From: Vitrella brassicaformis CCMP3155
Taxonomy: Eukaryota > Protista > Chromerida
Direction of reading: 5' to 3'
NCBI GenBank assembly: GCA_001179505.1
Contig: CDMY01000311.1
Span: 62,387 to 126,386, forward strand
Length of the DNA: 64,000 nt
The position numbers were made by a program, and so were the translations under genes. Below the pieces are notes generated by a model that ran no database searches, was not told where the DNA came from, and saw only the letters and a list, made by a program, of their open reading frames with translations. This document shows positions 37,701-50,800 of the stretch, in pieces (positions within the stretch are counted from its first letter, which is position 1; each line of letters opens with the position of its first letter).

Positions 37701-38687
37701 CATCGACCAACACACCACAGGGAGGGAACTTAGGGACACCACACCCAACGCATCCAGGAGCACCTACCTTTTGGCTTGTCGAGCCCCAGCCGCGTGCCCT
37801 GCCCGCCAGCCATGATCACCGCAGCAACTGCAGACCACAGCACACCATCACCAACACAGCCAATTGATTGACACACTCGGGGGCGCGGCATATATGCATC
37901 TCAGCGAGGCCCTTCCCTCCCCTGCACCGCACCCTCTCCATTTGCGATGTGGTAGAGTCCCTTCCGATGCCATTCCAGTAGCCGCTTCTCCGGCACCTCT
38001 GACACCTTGGTCAAACTACACGACCTGGTTGATCCATTCATGCATTCATCAAATCATTCAACTCACGTGTGTCATGGATGCGACGTGTGTGTGTGTGCGT
38101 GTGTGCGAGTGAGTTACTCACTTGAGGCCGGGTGTCTTTTTGGTTTCCCAGTTGAGTATGGTGGGCGGCCGCATCTCCCACCCCTGGTCCATATCCTCAC
38201 GGCCGACAGCCTCGTCAAATATCTGCCGACAGACACCACCGAAGCGAAGCAGCACAAACAGGCCAACAGGGAGGGGCACATCAGTCATGTGCAGTCCAAC
38301 TGCACTGCAGCAAGGTGATTGTTTTCGCCTGGCTGACCGCCTCCATCTCATCGATGTCGACGGCCTCTACATCTTCTACCAACACCTGCAGCCGGCCCGT
38401 CCCACAACAAGTTTGAAAGGGGAAACAAGGCAGATCAGCAGCTGGCGGTGCAGCCTGCTTGCTTCCTTCGAAGCGCTTTGGTCATTTCTCACCCTTCGCT
38501 CCTCGGCGTCGAGCTCATCGAAGAACTGATAGATGTGCTGCTGACTCCGGGCGGACAGATCCTGTGGACAATCACAGAAACACAAGCGAGAGAAGCACTA
38601 TTTCTTCGCCCGTTCTGCGTCCGTCCTTACCAGTTGGTGCTCTTGTCCGGATCTTTGCGTGGCGCTCATCTCGTTGGTGCAGCACAT
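34763..38687 (-). CDS. UAP1: UDP-N-acetylglucosamine pyrophosphorylase with low-complexity C-terminal extension
   Basis: EWHRKGLYHIANG, IMAGGQGTRLGFDKPKG, LPLYIMTSPINHEDTVDFFKQHSFFG, FSVDNVLCKVADPLFVGYC, VVEYSEL, NIANHYF, YHVAKKKIP, NGIKLELFIFDCF, EFAPVKNA and CEISPLVSYEG. Confidence 0.95.
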
Positions 38688-38788
38688 GCTGGACCGCAGA
38701 AATCTTGACAAACCTGAGCCACCCATCGCCTCCTCCCCTCCTCGAAGCTCGCAAATGGGGCTGGCGGCGAGGGCGGAAAAAACTCATC

Positions 38789-39776
38789 ATGATCCCTCGA
38801 GACAATCAGCAATACGCCAAGAGGGAGTACTGGGACGAACGGTGTGCCAGATCTGGCGGGAATGCGTTTCCATTCATCTGCTTCCTTTCCCTCTGCCTCA
38901 GGTTCGCATCTGAGGAGAGCTACGAATGGTTGGTGTCATTCGATGGCGTCAAAGGGCAGCTGACGCCTCTGCTGCGGGAACAAGATGACATCTTGGTCGT
39001 TGGTAAGCCACGCACAGAGAACAGTTAACCACTCACAGAGTCACACACATCCCGCCATCTCTCTCTCTCCTTGTTTGAAGGCTGCGGCAACTCGAGCTTC
39101 TCGGCTGACCTGTTCGATGCCGGCTATCGTCACGTCACGAGCATCGACTACTCATCGAGGGTCATCGAGCGCATGACGGCCCGGTACCCTCAGCTCAAGT
39201 GGCTGTGTGCCGACATGACGAAGCTCGAGGACAGCTTCCCTGCCGGCAGTTTCGATGTCGTCATCGACAAGGCCGCGATGGACGGTACCACTTACTAAGG
39301 ATATGGTAACACGCAGTGACTGGGATGCATTCCAGAGGGCCTGACCGGTAGCCGTGATTGGTGGTTTACGCAGCGTTAGTGTGTGAGGAGGGTGACCCGT
39401 GGAACCCCAATGAGAGTGTCGTCCAATCCTGCGACGCCATGTGCAGAGGTACGCAGGGGAGCCGCACACACTCAGTCAAGAACATCGTTAATTGCGGCTG
39501 CCTGTGCGAATGTGTGTAGGTGTGCGGCATGTGCTCAAGCCATCGTCTGCTGGCGACCCGCCCAGCCCTTCTCGGTTCATCCAGATATCGTTCGCACAGC
39601 CGCACTTCCGGCGCCGGTATCTGTTGGGCACTCATGGCAGGCCGAGGGAAGCTGACAAACCGAATGAGGAAGGGCTGCATGTGAGCGAGAAATATCAGTG
39701 GACGCTGAGGCATCAAGACATCGTGTCCGAGAGTGGAGCGTTCAACAACTTTTTATATGTCTGCTGCTGCATGTGA
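38789..39776 (+). CDS. Class I SAM-dependent methyltransferase, EEF1AKMT4/METTL13-N-like
   Basis: YAKREYWDERFASEESYEW, ILVVGCGNSSFSADLFDAGY..VTSIDYS, WLCADMTKL, FDVVIDKAAMD and FIQISFAQPHFRRRYL. Confidence 0.88.
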
Positions 39777-39972
39777 GGGGTGTATATAATATTGTGTTGT
39801 GTGTTGGACTGGCGGGCTGCTGGTGAGACTTTTAATTGTGTTGTGATGTGAATCGATTGAATGCACAATCACGCACCGCCAGTCGTCTTTCACTTCCACC
39901 AGCGCTCATGTATGTATCGTATTGTCAGTCAGCTCTGTGTCAGTCAGTCCATCCATTCATCCGTCCGTCGAT

Positions 39973-41143
39973 TCACTGCTGCAGGTGCACTGTGACGTCG
40001 TCGATGCCCCACGAGACGATGTCGGCATTGGACTCAGTCAGCGTCGAACCAAACACCTGCACACACACACATACGCACACACACAGACACGGCTGCATTC
40101 ATTGTTGTGCTGGTGTGTGTGTGTCTCGTGTGGTGCTGACGAGGTTGAGTGTTGGTGTGCAGTGCGGGATGGTGACGTCGACAAGGACACTGAGCCGGTC
40201 GGGCTGACTGGCGCCGCACACATTCACGCCGAACTCACGGCAAGTCAAAGTGGTCATGGTGGGGCACTGCATGAATCCACAGTCATCCATCCATCCATCA
40301 CACCCACACATGGATGCGGTGCATTCGCTGCTTCTCTCTCTCTCACAGTGACTGACCCAGTTGTGTGAGCGTGCCCACACGATGTTGTTGCCGGCCTTCA
40401 GGTACACACTCTCGCCCGTCCACCTCCACACACCAATGCAGTGCACACGTCCATTTGCATGTCGTGTGGTATGTATGGGTGGCTGATGTTCCCACTCACC
40501 TGTCGAAGTAGTGTATGCGTGCAGTGATTTTGACGTGTCTGTGTGGCGGGAGGTTCTTGTACAGACGCGACACGCTGCCCCTCGCCAGTTTGCCGAGGAA
40601 GACATCCGTCGAGCCGCACGTCGACCGGTCAGCCCGATCCCACTGATTCACACCATCCTACACACAAACCAACACAGTCGATTGCCAAGTGGCGCTGTGT
40701 CTCTCTCTGCGTGTGTGTGTCATACTTGCCATGGTGTCGAGTGAGAAGAGTGAGAAGGGCGTGTTGCGGTGGACCATCAACTCGCCATTGTCCATGATCT
40801 TCAGCATTCCGGCCACCTTGACGCTCGCGGCAATCGTCGTGGCCACGTCGCTCACATTGAACACAACGACGTCCTGGTCCTCTCGACGAAAGAGCAACTC
40901 ACTGTTCTCGCTGAGCAGCTCGAGAGGCGCCAATGACGGACTCGCGTCACTCACAAACTCTGCATGCACGAATGACACAACCACAATCCCATGAGTGTGT
41001 CTTTGTGTTTGTGCCTGTGTGTGTGTCTCTCGCTAACCCATGCGAACGATGTTGGCTGCGTCAGGCCGGATGGTGATGCCACAGTCGACATGGCGACAGA
41101 ACGAGGCGACACACACCAAAGCGACAAGCACACGTGCACTCAT
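39973..41143 (-). CDS. Secreted protein with a C-terminal beta-rich module (LPPH...IHYFDxWxGE...WGIDDV)
   Basis: Signal peptide MSARVLVALVCVASFCRHVDC. Exons give STCGSTDVFLG...VSRLYKNLPPHRHVKITARIHYFD|RWTGESVYLKAGNNIVW, NVCGASQPDRLSVLVDVTIPH and VFGSTLTESNADIVSWGIDDVTVHL*. Confidence 0.75.
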
Positions 41144-41480
41144 CACAGCTGCAGTGTTTGTTTGTGTGACTGAGTTGATTGATTCTGTGCCGTGGCTGTT
41201 GCGTCGTGTTTGCTTGTCCGTTTGCATACATACGTATGATTAAAGTTGTGTGAAAATAATGTGTATACAACTGTAATTGATTTTCACTCTCCTGCCCGTA
41301 TTCCGTCATCGCAAGGGCTGCACCGCCATAGTCGATATTCGTCCTTCGCCGGGTGGGTGCATGGACTGATGGCAGACAGGCAGACAGACCGTCGATTCAG
41401 CTAGACAAGCGATGGTTGGCTCTTCTCCCTGTTGCCCCTCTTCTCCCTCCTCCCCTCTTCGATAAATTTACAATCCTGTG

Positions 41481-41491
41481 GCTAAGCTCGC
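41481..41491 (+). promoter_or_regulatory. GCTAAGCTCGC candidate promoter element upstream of LHC
   Basis: Identical 11-mer at 20443-20453 upstream of the WD40 gene; variants occur in other 5' spacers. Confidence 0.55.
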
Positions 41492-41589
41492 AGCTGTGAC
41501 CGCGCGAAAGATCTAAGGCGTTGGACTCATCACTGCTCTACCAAGGCAGCCAGGGGAGATCCGGACACCGGCCAGGAGCAGCAGCAGTG

Positions 41590-42318
41590 ATGCGCCAGCT
41601 CATCTCCCTCGTCGTGGCGACCCTCTGCCTCGCTCACCATGCTGCTGCATTCGTCCCCTCCCCTCTTCTCAAGACCTCTTCATCACAGCCCCAGCAGCGG
41701 TCGTCGTCCCGGCTCACCCCCCAGATGCTGCAGCTGAAAGGCGAGGCGTCCACAGCGCTTCCCTTCCTTCGCAGGCCGCCAGCGCTCGACGGCTCGCTGC
41801 CCGGCGACGTGGGATTTGATCCCGTGGGATTTTCCTCGCTCGACAAGAACTCTGACGGCAACCCGGGTTTGGATTTCTACTGGTTCAGGGAGGCGGAGAT
41901 CAAGCACGGGCGGATCGCGATGCTTGCCACGGCGGGGATCCTGTTTGTGGAGCTGGTGGGAACGATGCCCTTCTTCCCCTACCCCAACAAGAGCCAGATG
42001 GACGTCTTCTGGGACGTCTACCGGGACAAACCCGCCCTGATCTTCTTCTCCATCATCATGATTGCCGTCATGGAGATCACTTCCGGATTCGCTATCACGG
42101 CGGGGCGCGAGAGCGGTCTGAGGGAGCCGGGCGACTTCAAGTTCGACCCTTTGGGCTTCGCCAAGAACAAGTCGCCCGAGGCCATGAAGACCATGGCCAC
42201 CAAGGAGGTCAAGAACGGCCGGCTGGCTATGCTCGCGGCGGCAGGCATGATCCTCCAGGGGCTCGCCACACACAAGGGGTGCCTGGAAAACCTGAGCTCT
42301 GCGCTCACGGGCAAGTAG
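41590..42318 (+). CDS. LHC: Light-harvesting chlorophyll-binding protein, red-lineage Lhcr-like; intronless
   Basis: Bipartite presequence with AAAF, then ALPFLRRPPALDGSLPGDVGFDPVGFS, REAEIKHGRIAMLA, PGDFKFDPLG and KEVKNGRLAMLA. Confidence 0.96.
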   Translation: MRQLISLVVATLCLAHHAAAFVPSPLLKTSSSQPQQRSSSRLTPQMLQLKGEASTALPFLRRPPALDGSLPGDVGFDPVGFSSLDKNSDGNPGLDFYWFREAEIKHGRIAMLATAGILFVELVGTMPFFPYPNKSQMDVFWDVYRDKPALIFFSIIMIAVMEITSGFAITAGRESGLREPGDFKFDPLGFAKNKSPEAMKTMATKEVKNGRLAMLAAAGMILQGLATHKGCLENLSSALTGK

Positions 42319-44251
42319 AGCGAGCGATGGTGTGTGTATGGATGGATGAAGGGCGAAAAGGGGGCCACGACAGATTTTCGAGAGTGCTGTTTTTGCTCGT
42401 GATATGATGGTGTACACAGTCAGTGGGGGTGGGTGGGTGCTCTCGGGTGGTGGTGGTGGATTGATTGATAGCTGGTTTTGTCTGCGCGTGAGCGCGACTG
42501 ACTGACTGACTGACTGATGGACAATGAAACTCTCGATGAGACCGTAGTGCGCGCGCGCGATTGATGACAGAGAGAATTTTTCGCCTGTGAAATGACATGT
42601 CTTGGAAGCAAATTCATTCACTCATCAATCTGTCCACACACACCAACACAACACGTTCATCGGTCTCTCCTTACCTCACGACATACACGAGCGAGCGCCG
42701 ACCGACACTTCCTCCCATCCACCCAACACAAACAGGCAGATAGACAGAGACTCATGCAGGACCAACCTGACCTCGCTTGTTTATCTCTCCTGACATAAAG
42801 ACTGACCGACGGACGCAAAACATACCACCACACGCGCAACGCACACGAGAAAGCTTCAGTCGTTATGCACGCCCACATGCATTCAGGCAGGCAGGCAGGC
42901 AGGCAGTGAGTGCTTAAATAGTCAGTCAGTCGCGGTCACCGATAGAGCGACGCCTCCAGCTAGACACGCACGCACGCACGCACACGAAGGCACCGTATGG
43001 TATGCATGCATACAGGAGGGGAGGAGGAAAAAACATCTCTCTGGATGTGATATGTGATGTGATGCAGATCGATAGAACTCGTTCGCCTAAATCCCACACT
43101 TACGGCCTAATGGATTATCATCCATTGCTCTCTCTTCACTTCTCTCTCTCTGTGCGACAGCCATCTGCCAGTCAGTCGGTCGATAGAGCCAGCCAGCCAA
43201 AGAAAACCGACGTACGGGTGCTGTGCTGGTGAGACGAAAACCACAAAAAGGTGTACAATGCAATGCATGCACCGCAGACAGACAGACACCGATCAGACCA
43301 AGGAAAAGCAGGAAAAGCGGCCGATGCTGCAGACAGACAGCTAGGTATGTACTATAAAGCGCCCGAGGGCCCGTGTTGACCGGATGGGTGAACGACATTT
43401 GGCTGACTGCCCGTGGGTGAGGTGACCCAACCCGACTCATACATACAAATATGTATGCGCTGTGCTGTGCTGTGCTCGTCCCGCCCTCTCTCCCGCCCGA
43501 CCACCCCACCCTCCTCGTTGACCCGACGGATGGGAAAATCGCCCGAGTGGCGTGGATGCATGCTGATCTATCTGCGCATCGCATGCAGGCACGCCACTCT
43601 CTCCGGCACCACACACGCTTACACACATGTACAGAGACACCGCACACGTAGACACACATGGATGCATCGACGGACATGAAACACACGTCTGATCAGCCAA
43701 CCAAGCGACCGACCGACATACAGACACCAAAAACCTCTTTCTCTCTCTCCCCAATCAAGCTGACCTCAACCAACGAAACCCTGAGAGACTGCACCCACCC
43801 ACCCTTGCCCCTCTCTCTGTCTCTCTCTGGTGGACACATTCGATCGAAAGACACACACGTGCTCAGCTCAACATGAAGGTCTGTCTGGCGAGAAAAAGAG
43901 AGATGAGGGAGGGAGGGAGAGAGGGAGGGAGGGGGGGCAAGAGGGACGATACAGCACAGCCAAGCTAGAGAGGCCGCAAGGATGGTGTGTAGGCATCGTG
44001 AGCATGTGTCAGGCAATGTGTGTACGTACGTATGAGCGTCGCTCAGTCCGGCAGGCCAGGCCAGGCCAGGCCGTTTACAGAAAGTAGTACGGGTAGTATG
44101 GAAAATTGAAAGCTCACTACGCACGCACACAACACACCAAGTCATGCCATGCATCCCATCCACTCGTCACGCTAAGATGATGTCCTGCATACACACACAC
44201 ACAGACACTCGCGAGGTGTCCATGTGTATGCCTCTCTTTCTCTGCACTCAC

Positions 44252-47200
44252 TCAGCTGACCTCGGTAGCGGGTGGCCTGGGGTAGTATGCATTGGCAAAC
44301 CTGTTGTCGTCCTCATGGCCGCTGAAGGCGTGGCCAATACCGCCATACGAACCTGGCCGATCCATCACACGATCCATCCATGGACAGGACACGCGACAGA
44401 TGATATGATGCGTGTGGTGTGCGTGGTTTGATATGCTGTCCGTGTTTGTTGTGGCTGAGCTGACTGATGCGATGCTATGTGGCTGGGCTGGCTGACCTTG
44501 GAATACTTCCTTTGGTGACTTTGGCAGGCACGCGCCGTTGTAGCATTTGGTGCCGTCGGGGCACTGCACCCACCGGCACTTAAAGTCCTCGCTCCCCTGC
44601 ACACATCACATCACACGAAAACAGAGCACCCCACTCCCTCCCTCTCTCGCAGTCTGTGTGGGCTGGGCTGGGCTGGGATGTGCTGGGTGTGTGGGTGCCT
44701 TCATTTGTTTTGTTTGTACCATGTTGCCGACTTGGTCTTTGTTCTTGCATATCCCATAGGAGCACACCTGGTCGTCGGGGCACTTGACGAACTTGCAGAA
44801 GGTCTCGTTGTTGTTGGGGCCAGGCGGAGCGGGCGCCTGCTCGGCACCGACCTCTGCCACCACACACAAACACATACGTGCGGAACGGAATCATCAGCCA
44901 GCCATTCCATCCATCCCATGCATCCGTGTAGAACACCCACCAGCAGCACTCAGCAAGGTGTTGGCCGCCAGCGACACAGTGCCTTTCGCCATGGCCTCGG
45001 ATGCCGCGGCGAACGAGCCCTCCTCCTCCTTAGGCCCCTCCGACTCGTCAGCGACCTCGTCGAGCTTCTTCTCGATCTTGTCGGCGTCGCTCTCCTTCTC
45101 GCCTTCGCCCTCCTCCTCCTTCTCCTTCTCTTCCTTCTCTTTCGCTGGAGCGCTGGCGCCAGGGATGTACTGCGAATAACCGCCTGCACCACCTGTGTAG
45201 TGAGTGCATGCAGAGAGGCAGAAGGAAGAAGACGTCATGTGTATGAGGAGGGGGGGGGGGGCCTTCGGGGTAGTTACCTTGTCCGCCCATGAATTTGCTG
45301 TAGTCGAATCCGCCTGCGCCGCCTGGCAATGCGAGCGAGAGAAGGAGGGTATCCATCGGATGGACGGATGGCTGTCTCGTCTCTCTCTCTCTCTGTGTAT
45401 GGGGGAGGGGGTACCTTGGCCGCCTTGCCCGCCCATGAACTGGCTGTAGTCGAACCCGCCTGGGGCGCCGCCGCCGCCAGTGTTGTTGCCACCTAATCAC
45501 AGGTAGATAGACAGACACAAAGACGCACCACCACACAACTAACCAATGGCTGAGAATCCGTGTCTGTGTCCGGTGCGCGGTCTGGCGTTAACACCTCCCA
45601 TGTATGGTGCGGTGTAGGAGCCCCAGTCGAAGCCGCCCCCAGAGGCTGAGCCCCCGGTGGCCGCACCGCTGCCCTGGCCCGACCCGCTGCCCATCCCGCC
45701 GCCGGGGAACTGCGAGGCCGTGTCCTCACTCGATGCGGCTTCATCAGCCCTAAGACACACGAGAAACAAAGAAGGGTTTGAGAGGAAGCGAGAGAGTACG
45801 TCAGTCAGCCAGGTGTGATGTGATTGATGGTGTGATCTGATGTGCTGGTGGCTGTGCTGTGCTGTGGCTCACTCGGCCATCTGCACGGCTTCGGCGTCCT
45901 TCGGTCCTGCTCCCTTTTTCTTGTGCTTCTTCTCCGGCTGCGGTGCAGCTCCGCCCATGCCGACGGTGAACTGGCTGTAGTCATAGCCGCCATAGCTGGT
46001 GCCGCCAGAGCCCCCCTTCATGTACTGCGAGTAGTCCATGCCCCCATAGCCGCCGGTGCCGCCCTGGCCGGCCTTGGTGTACTGCGAGTAGTCCATCCCG
46101 GGGCCTGTGCCGCCGCCCGAGCCTGAGCCTGGCCCGCCGGAGGGCGACATGTAGCCCTTGGTGTACTGGGAGTAGTCGAAGCCGCCGGGTGCGCTCGCGC
46201 TGTCTTCTTTGCTGCCTTTCTTGGACCTGGAAGGCACATGAACGAATGAAGCACTGATGGATATGCTGCAACGGGTGTGGTGTGCCTGGTGCGTACACAA
46301 GGTTGGTGGTCTCTGGCGGAGTCTTTTCGTCCTTGCCATTGTCGTCCTCGGTGCTCTCACCGCCGCCGGCAGCGGGCTGGCCCCCCGCGCCGCCCATGAA
46401 CTCGGAGTAGTCGGGCACGTACTGGCTCCAATCCATCCCGGGGCCGCCACCCATGCTGCCCGGACCTCCACTGACATGTCAAACACAGACAGATACACAC
46501 ATCACATCATCACTCGTGCGGATGTGGCGGGTGGGTGTGGTGTGGTGTGGGTGGTGTGCTGACCTTGCCCCGTGTGGTCCGGCCTCGCTGCCTCCGCCCC
46601 CGACTCCGCCAGTACCGCCCCCACCGCCTCCCTTGGAAGTGTCGTTGCCCGACGGCGCACCGCCGCCCGTGCCGCTGCCCATGAAGTGGGAGTAGTCGGG
46701 GACGAAATGCTGCCAATCCGGAACAGCTGAGAAACGGACAGACGCACAGAGGGAAAGGGGGCGTCCATAGAAATCACGGATGGGGGTGTCTTTGGTGTGT
46801 GTTTGGTGTGTTCAGCTCGCCTCGCCCACCTCCTGGTGGTGGTCCGCCCTGGCCGCCTTCGGGCGATGGGGTGGTTTCCTCCTCGGCCTCGGGCTCGGCC
46901 GCCTCGCCCTTCTCCTTGGGGGCCTCGCCCTCCTCCTTGGGAGCCTGCTGTGCGAGAGTTGTGGCACTTGACACAGCCTGATAGGGACGGAGAAAGATGA
47001 GATGAGTGGATCGGGTGAGGTGTGTGTGTGTGTGTGTGTGATTCTTTGGTTACGTCCATGACTGCCATTCTGAGGCAGGCGACCTCCATCTCGGCACTGC
47101 CCACCTCACTGGGGCTGCACGGATCTGTCAAGTCAGTGGGAGCCATACACACCAGACACACACGACACGCACCCACATTGTCTGATGGCTTCTGACTGAC

Positions 47201-47799
47201 TCTTGTACTTAACACAACTGAGTGACTCCCTTCCGTCCGTCCGTCCCACTCACTCTGCCTACCTTGGACGTCTGCAAGCGTCATGGGGATGCGTTTCGCC
47301 CATGCGTTTGTGAGAATCCACCTGTTGAAGCTGCCACGGTGACACGCAGCGACCACCGCTGGGTAGGCCGTCGGCTGCACAACACAACACAACGCAACGC
47401 AGACAAGGCATGAATGCCTTGCTTGTATGTATCGCTAAGCGCATGCATTACCACCACGCTGCACTCAGCAAACACGAGGTCCACGGCCTCTGCAGCTGCA
47501 CCGCACCGGGTGAAGACGTCACAGACATCAATCACACACAGTAAGTAGCGTCACACACATTGTTGTGTCTGTCTGTGTGTCACCCACCACCCTCGAAAGA
47601 GGCTCATTGGCTCACCGGTTTTCGGCTCTCTGCTCTTCATCGCCGCCTTGCGGTAGTCCTTGGGCACGTACTCGCCGAACTCCTTGGGCGACATCTCGCC
47701 GTGGCTCTTGGCCGAGTACTCGGGCATCGAAGACACCAACTCGGTGGCACCGGATGTGGCAGAGGGCGCCTCACCTGCCACACACACACCGACACTCAG

Positions 47800-47833
<34 letters not shown>

Positions 47834-50800
47834 GAGTGCGTTGCATGGTTGCGTGTGAGCGGCTGGGTGGGTTTAGGAGGTGGGTATGGTGTCGTACGTA
47901 CCTTCTGATGTGTCTGTGTCGATGGTGCGTGACTTCTCTGCCTGTTGCCTGAATGACTCCGGGACGTAGGCGCCCCAGTCGCTGGCCGACAGCTCGCCGT
48001 GGCTGCTGGCGCTGTAGCCAGCTGCAATCCATCCATCCAATCATTGCATCACATACGCGTGTGTGTGTGTGTGTGTGTCCGTGTACCTGACTGCTCTTGT
48101 GCTCCAGAAGTCTCGACGGCCATGGTGGCGGACGACTTGTCGGCTGAACACAAAGACAGACACCAACGCACATATATTTGTAGACACGATAGATGTGTTT
48201 GTTGTTCTTTGTTGTCTGTCTCATGAGTGACGTCAGTCAGTCAGTCAGTCACGTGTGTCGCTTATTTACTTTTCCTGCTGGCCGCGGCCTTTTTCCTGTA
48301 GTCGGCGGGCACGTACTTGATCCAGTCGGCCGTCGGCAGCTCCCCGTGGAAGTCCTTGCCGTACTCCTTGGACAACAAACTCGTCCCTGAAGACAGACAC
48401 AGACATAGAGCGGGGGATGCAGGTCTGTCTGTCTGTCTCCCTGTCTGTCTGTCCGTGTGGGTGTCGGTGTGTATGCGACCTGGAGGGCCAGCGGGGTTCT
48501 CGTGTGTCTTCTTTGCGGCCTCTCTGAAGCCTGGCGGGATGAAGTTCTCGTACCCAGGCATCTCGCCGTGGTTGCTCATACTGTAGCCACCTGTGTGTGT
48601 TAACGAGTGTGTGGACAGAGAGCATTTGTGGCTGTCTTGGTGTCAGTATGTGTGTGTTGCGGTGGGTACCTGCCTCGCCGCCGCCCATGGGTGGCTGCTC
48701 GGGCTGCTCTGGCTGAGCACCAGTTGCCCCGGGGGCCTGACCCAATGCTGCGCACCGCACACGCATTTACACACACACTCATCCGTAACACACAGGGTGA
48801 CCGACCGCTGACACCGTACCAAACATTGAAGACGGCCCCCCGCCGTAAGTAGGGTCTTCGTGAGTCTTCTTGGCGGCCCCGCGGAACTGCTTTGGGACGA
48901 AGTTCTCGAAGCCAGGCATCTCGCCGTGGCTGCTCATGCCGTATCCACCACCTACACAGACAGACAGACAGACAGACAGAGGCACAGACAGGTATAGAAC
49001 GGCTCGTACGAGTGGATACCTGGCTGCTGCTGTTGCTGAACCGCTGCACGTGAGCGACAACAAAGAAGAGAAGAACAAGAAGAAGACAGTCCTTCTGTGT
49101 GTGTCTGTGTGTGTGTGTGTGTGTATGTGTGTATGGGTGAGCGCTGCGTTGCGTACCCAACATGGATGGAGGGCCAGCGGGGTTCTCATGTGTCTTCTTT
49201 GCCATGTCCCTGAAGCCCGGCGGGATGAAGTCCTCGTACCCAGGCATCTCGCCGTGGTTGCTCAGACTGTAGCCGCCTGAAGAAAGATGTCAGTGCGGGT
49301 TTGTGTGTTGGGGGGGGGAATGTGTGTGTTGCGGTGGGTACCTGCCTCGCCGCCGCCCATGGGCGGCTGCTCGGGCTGCTCTGGCTGAGCACCAGGTGCT
49401 CCGGGGGCCTGACCCAATGCTGCGCACACACACACAGACAAAAGACCCATTCACCGACGTGTGTGTGTGTGCAGAGATCTCTCAGACCCTCAGAGCAGGT
49501 GACCTACCCAAGATTGAGGGCGGGCCAGCGGGGTTCTCGTGTGTCTTCTTGGCCATGTCCCTGAAGCCTGGCGGGATGAACTGGTCGAAGCCAGGCATCT
49601 CGCCGTGGTTGCCCATGCCGTAACCACCTGCACACAAAGAGATGCATCCGAATGAGGGCGCTCCCTGTGTGCCGGCTGAGTGAGGTACCTCCCGGGAACT
49701 GCTGCTGGGGCTGCTGAGGTTGCTGCAACAGCACACACACACACAGGCACACACACGCACACACACTGACATCAGAGAGAGGACATAACGACACACACAT
49801 GCACAGCAACGCACCTGTGGCTGCTGTGGCTGCTGCGGCTGTTGCGCCTTTTGGGGCTCCTGGGCGAAGAGGCGCACTCTCATTGTGGTGGGTGAGGGCC
49901 GGTCCACCGTCAGGTCGTCCAACAGAGACTCGGAGCTCCATCCCTAGCACACATACACACAGATACAAACACAATAAATGCATCTCTAGGGGGGNNNNNN
50001 NNNNNNNNNNNNNNNNNNNNNNNNNNNNNNNNNNNNNNNNNNNNNNNNNNNNNNNNNNNNNNNNNNNNNNNNNNNNNNNNNNNNNNNNNNNNNNNNNNNN
50101 NNNNNNNNNNNNNNNNNNNNNNNNNNNNNNNNNNNNNNNNNNNNNNNNNNNNNNNNNNNNNNNNNNNNNNNNNNNNNNNNNNNNNNNNNNNNNNNNNNNN
50201 NNNNNNNNNNNNNNNNNNNNNNNNNNNNNNNNNNNNNNNNNNNNNNNNNNNNNNNNNNNNNNNNNNNNNNNNNNNNNNNNNNNNNNNNNNNNNNGGGGGG
50301 GGGTTGGCGTCTTGTCTGTCGGCTCACTCACTCACCATTTCGTCACAGGCCTTGTCAGCCCATGGCTCGACGGTTAGTGCAGCAACGGCCCCGGTCGCGC
50401 ACACATCGACACTGCAGACACACACACATGGATGGATGGATGGATGTGTCTATCTGGTGTGGTGTGTGCCTGTCAGACATTATTACCATCCGAGGTTTCG
50501 GATGGTAGTGTGTTTGGGGTGGCAGGTGCACTGTTTGCCGCTCTTATCGCCCGTGCAGTGGTGCTCCTTCCCATCCCCATGGCCGCAGCCGCAGCCTTGC
50601 TTCTCGACGGCCTCGATCAGGTTCACGGGCATCACTGCAGGCAGAGACACCACACACACACACACACACACGAAGTGAGGGAGGGAGGGAGAGAGGGTGG
50701 CGTGGGGCACCCAGACTGACCGTCAGAAGCGTCGTTGAGGTAGTGTTTGTAGGCGTCGAAGAAGCGGTCTTTGTCGCCGTTGGTGGCGGCGTCCATCATG

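Noticed and set aside
47615-49630. CRISPR-like or mobile-element reading of the periodic repeats
   Set aside because: The repeats are protein-coding exons separated by spliceosomal introns, with no constant-length repeat-spacer structure, TIRs or transposase.
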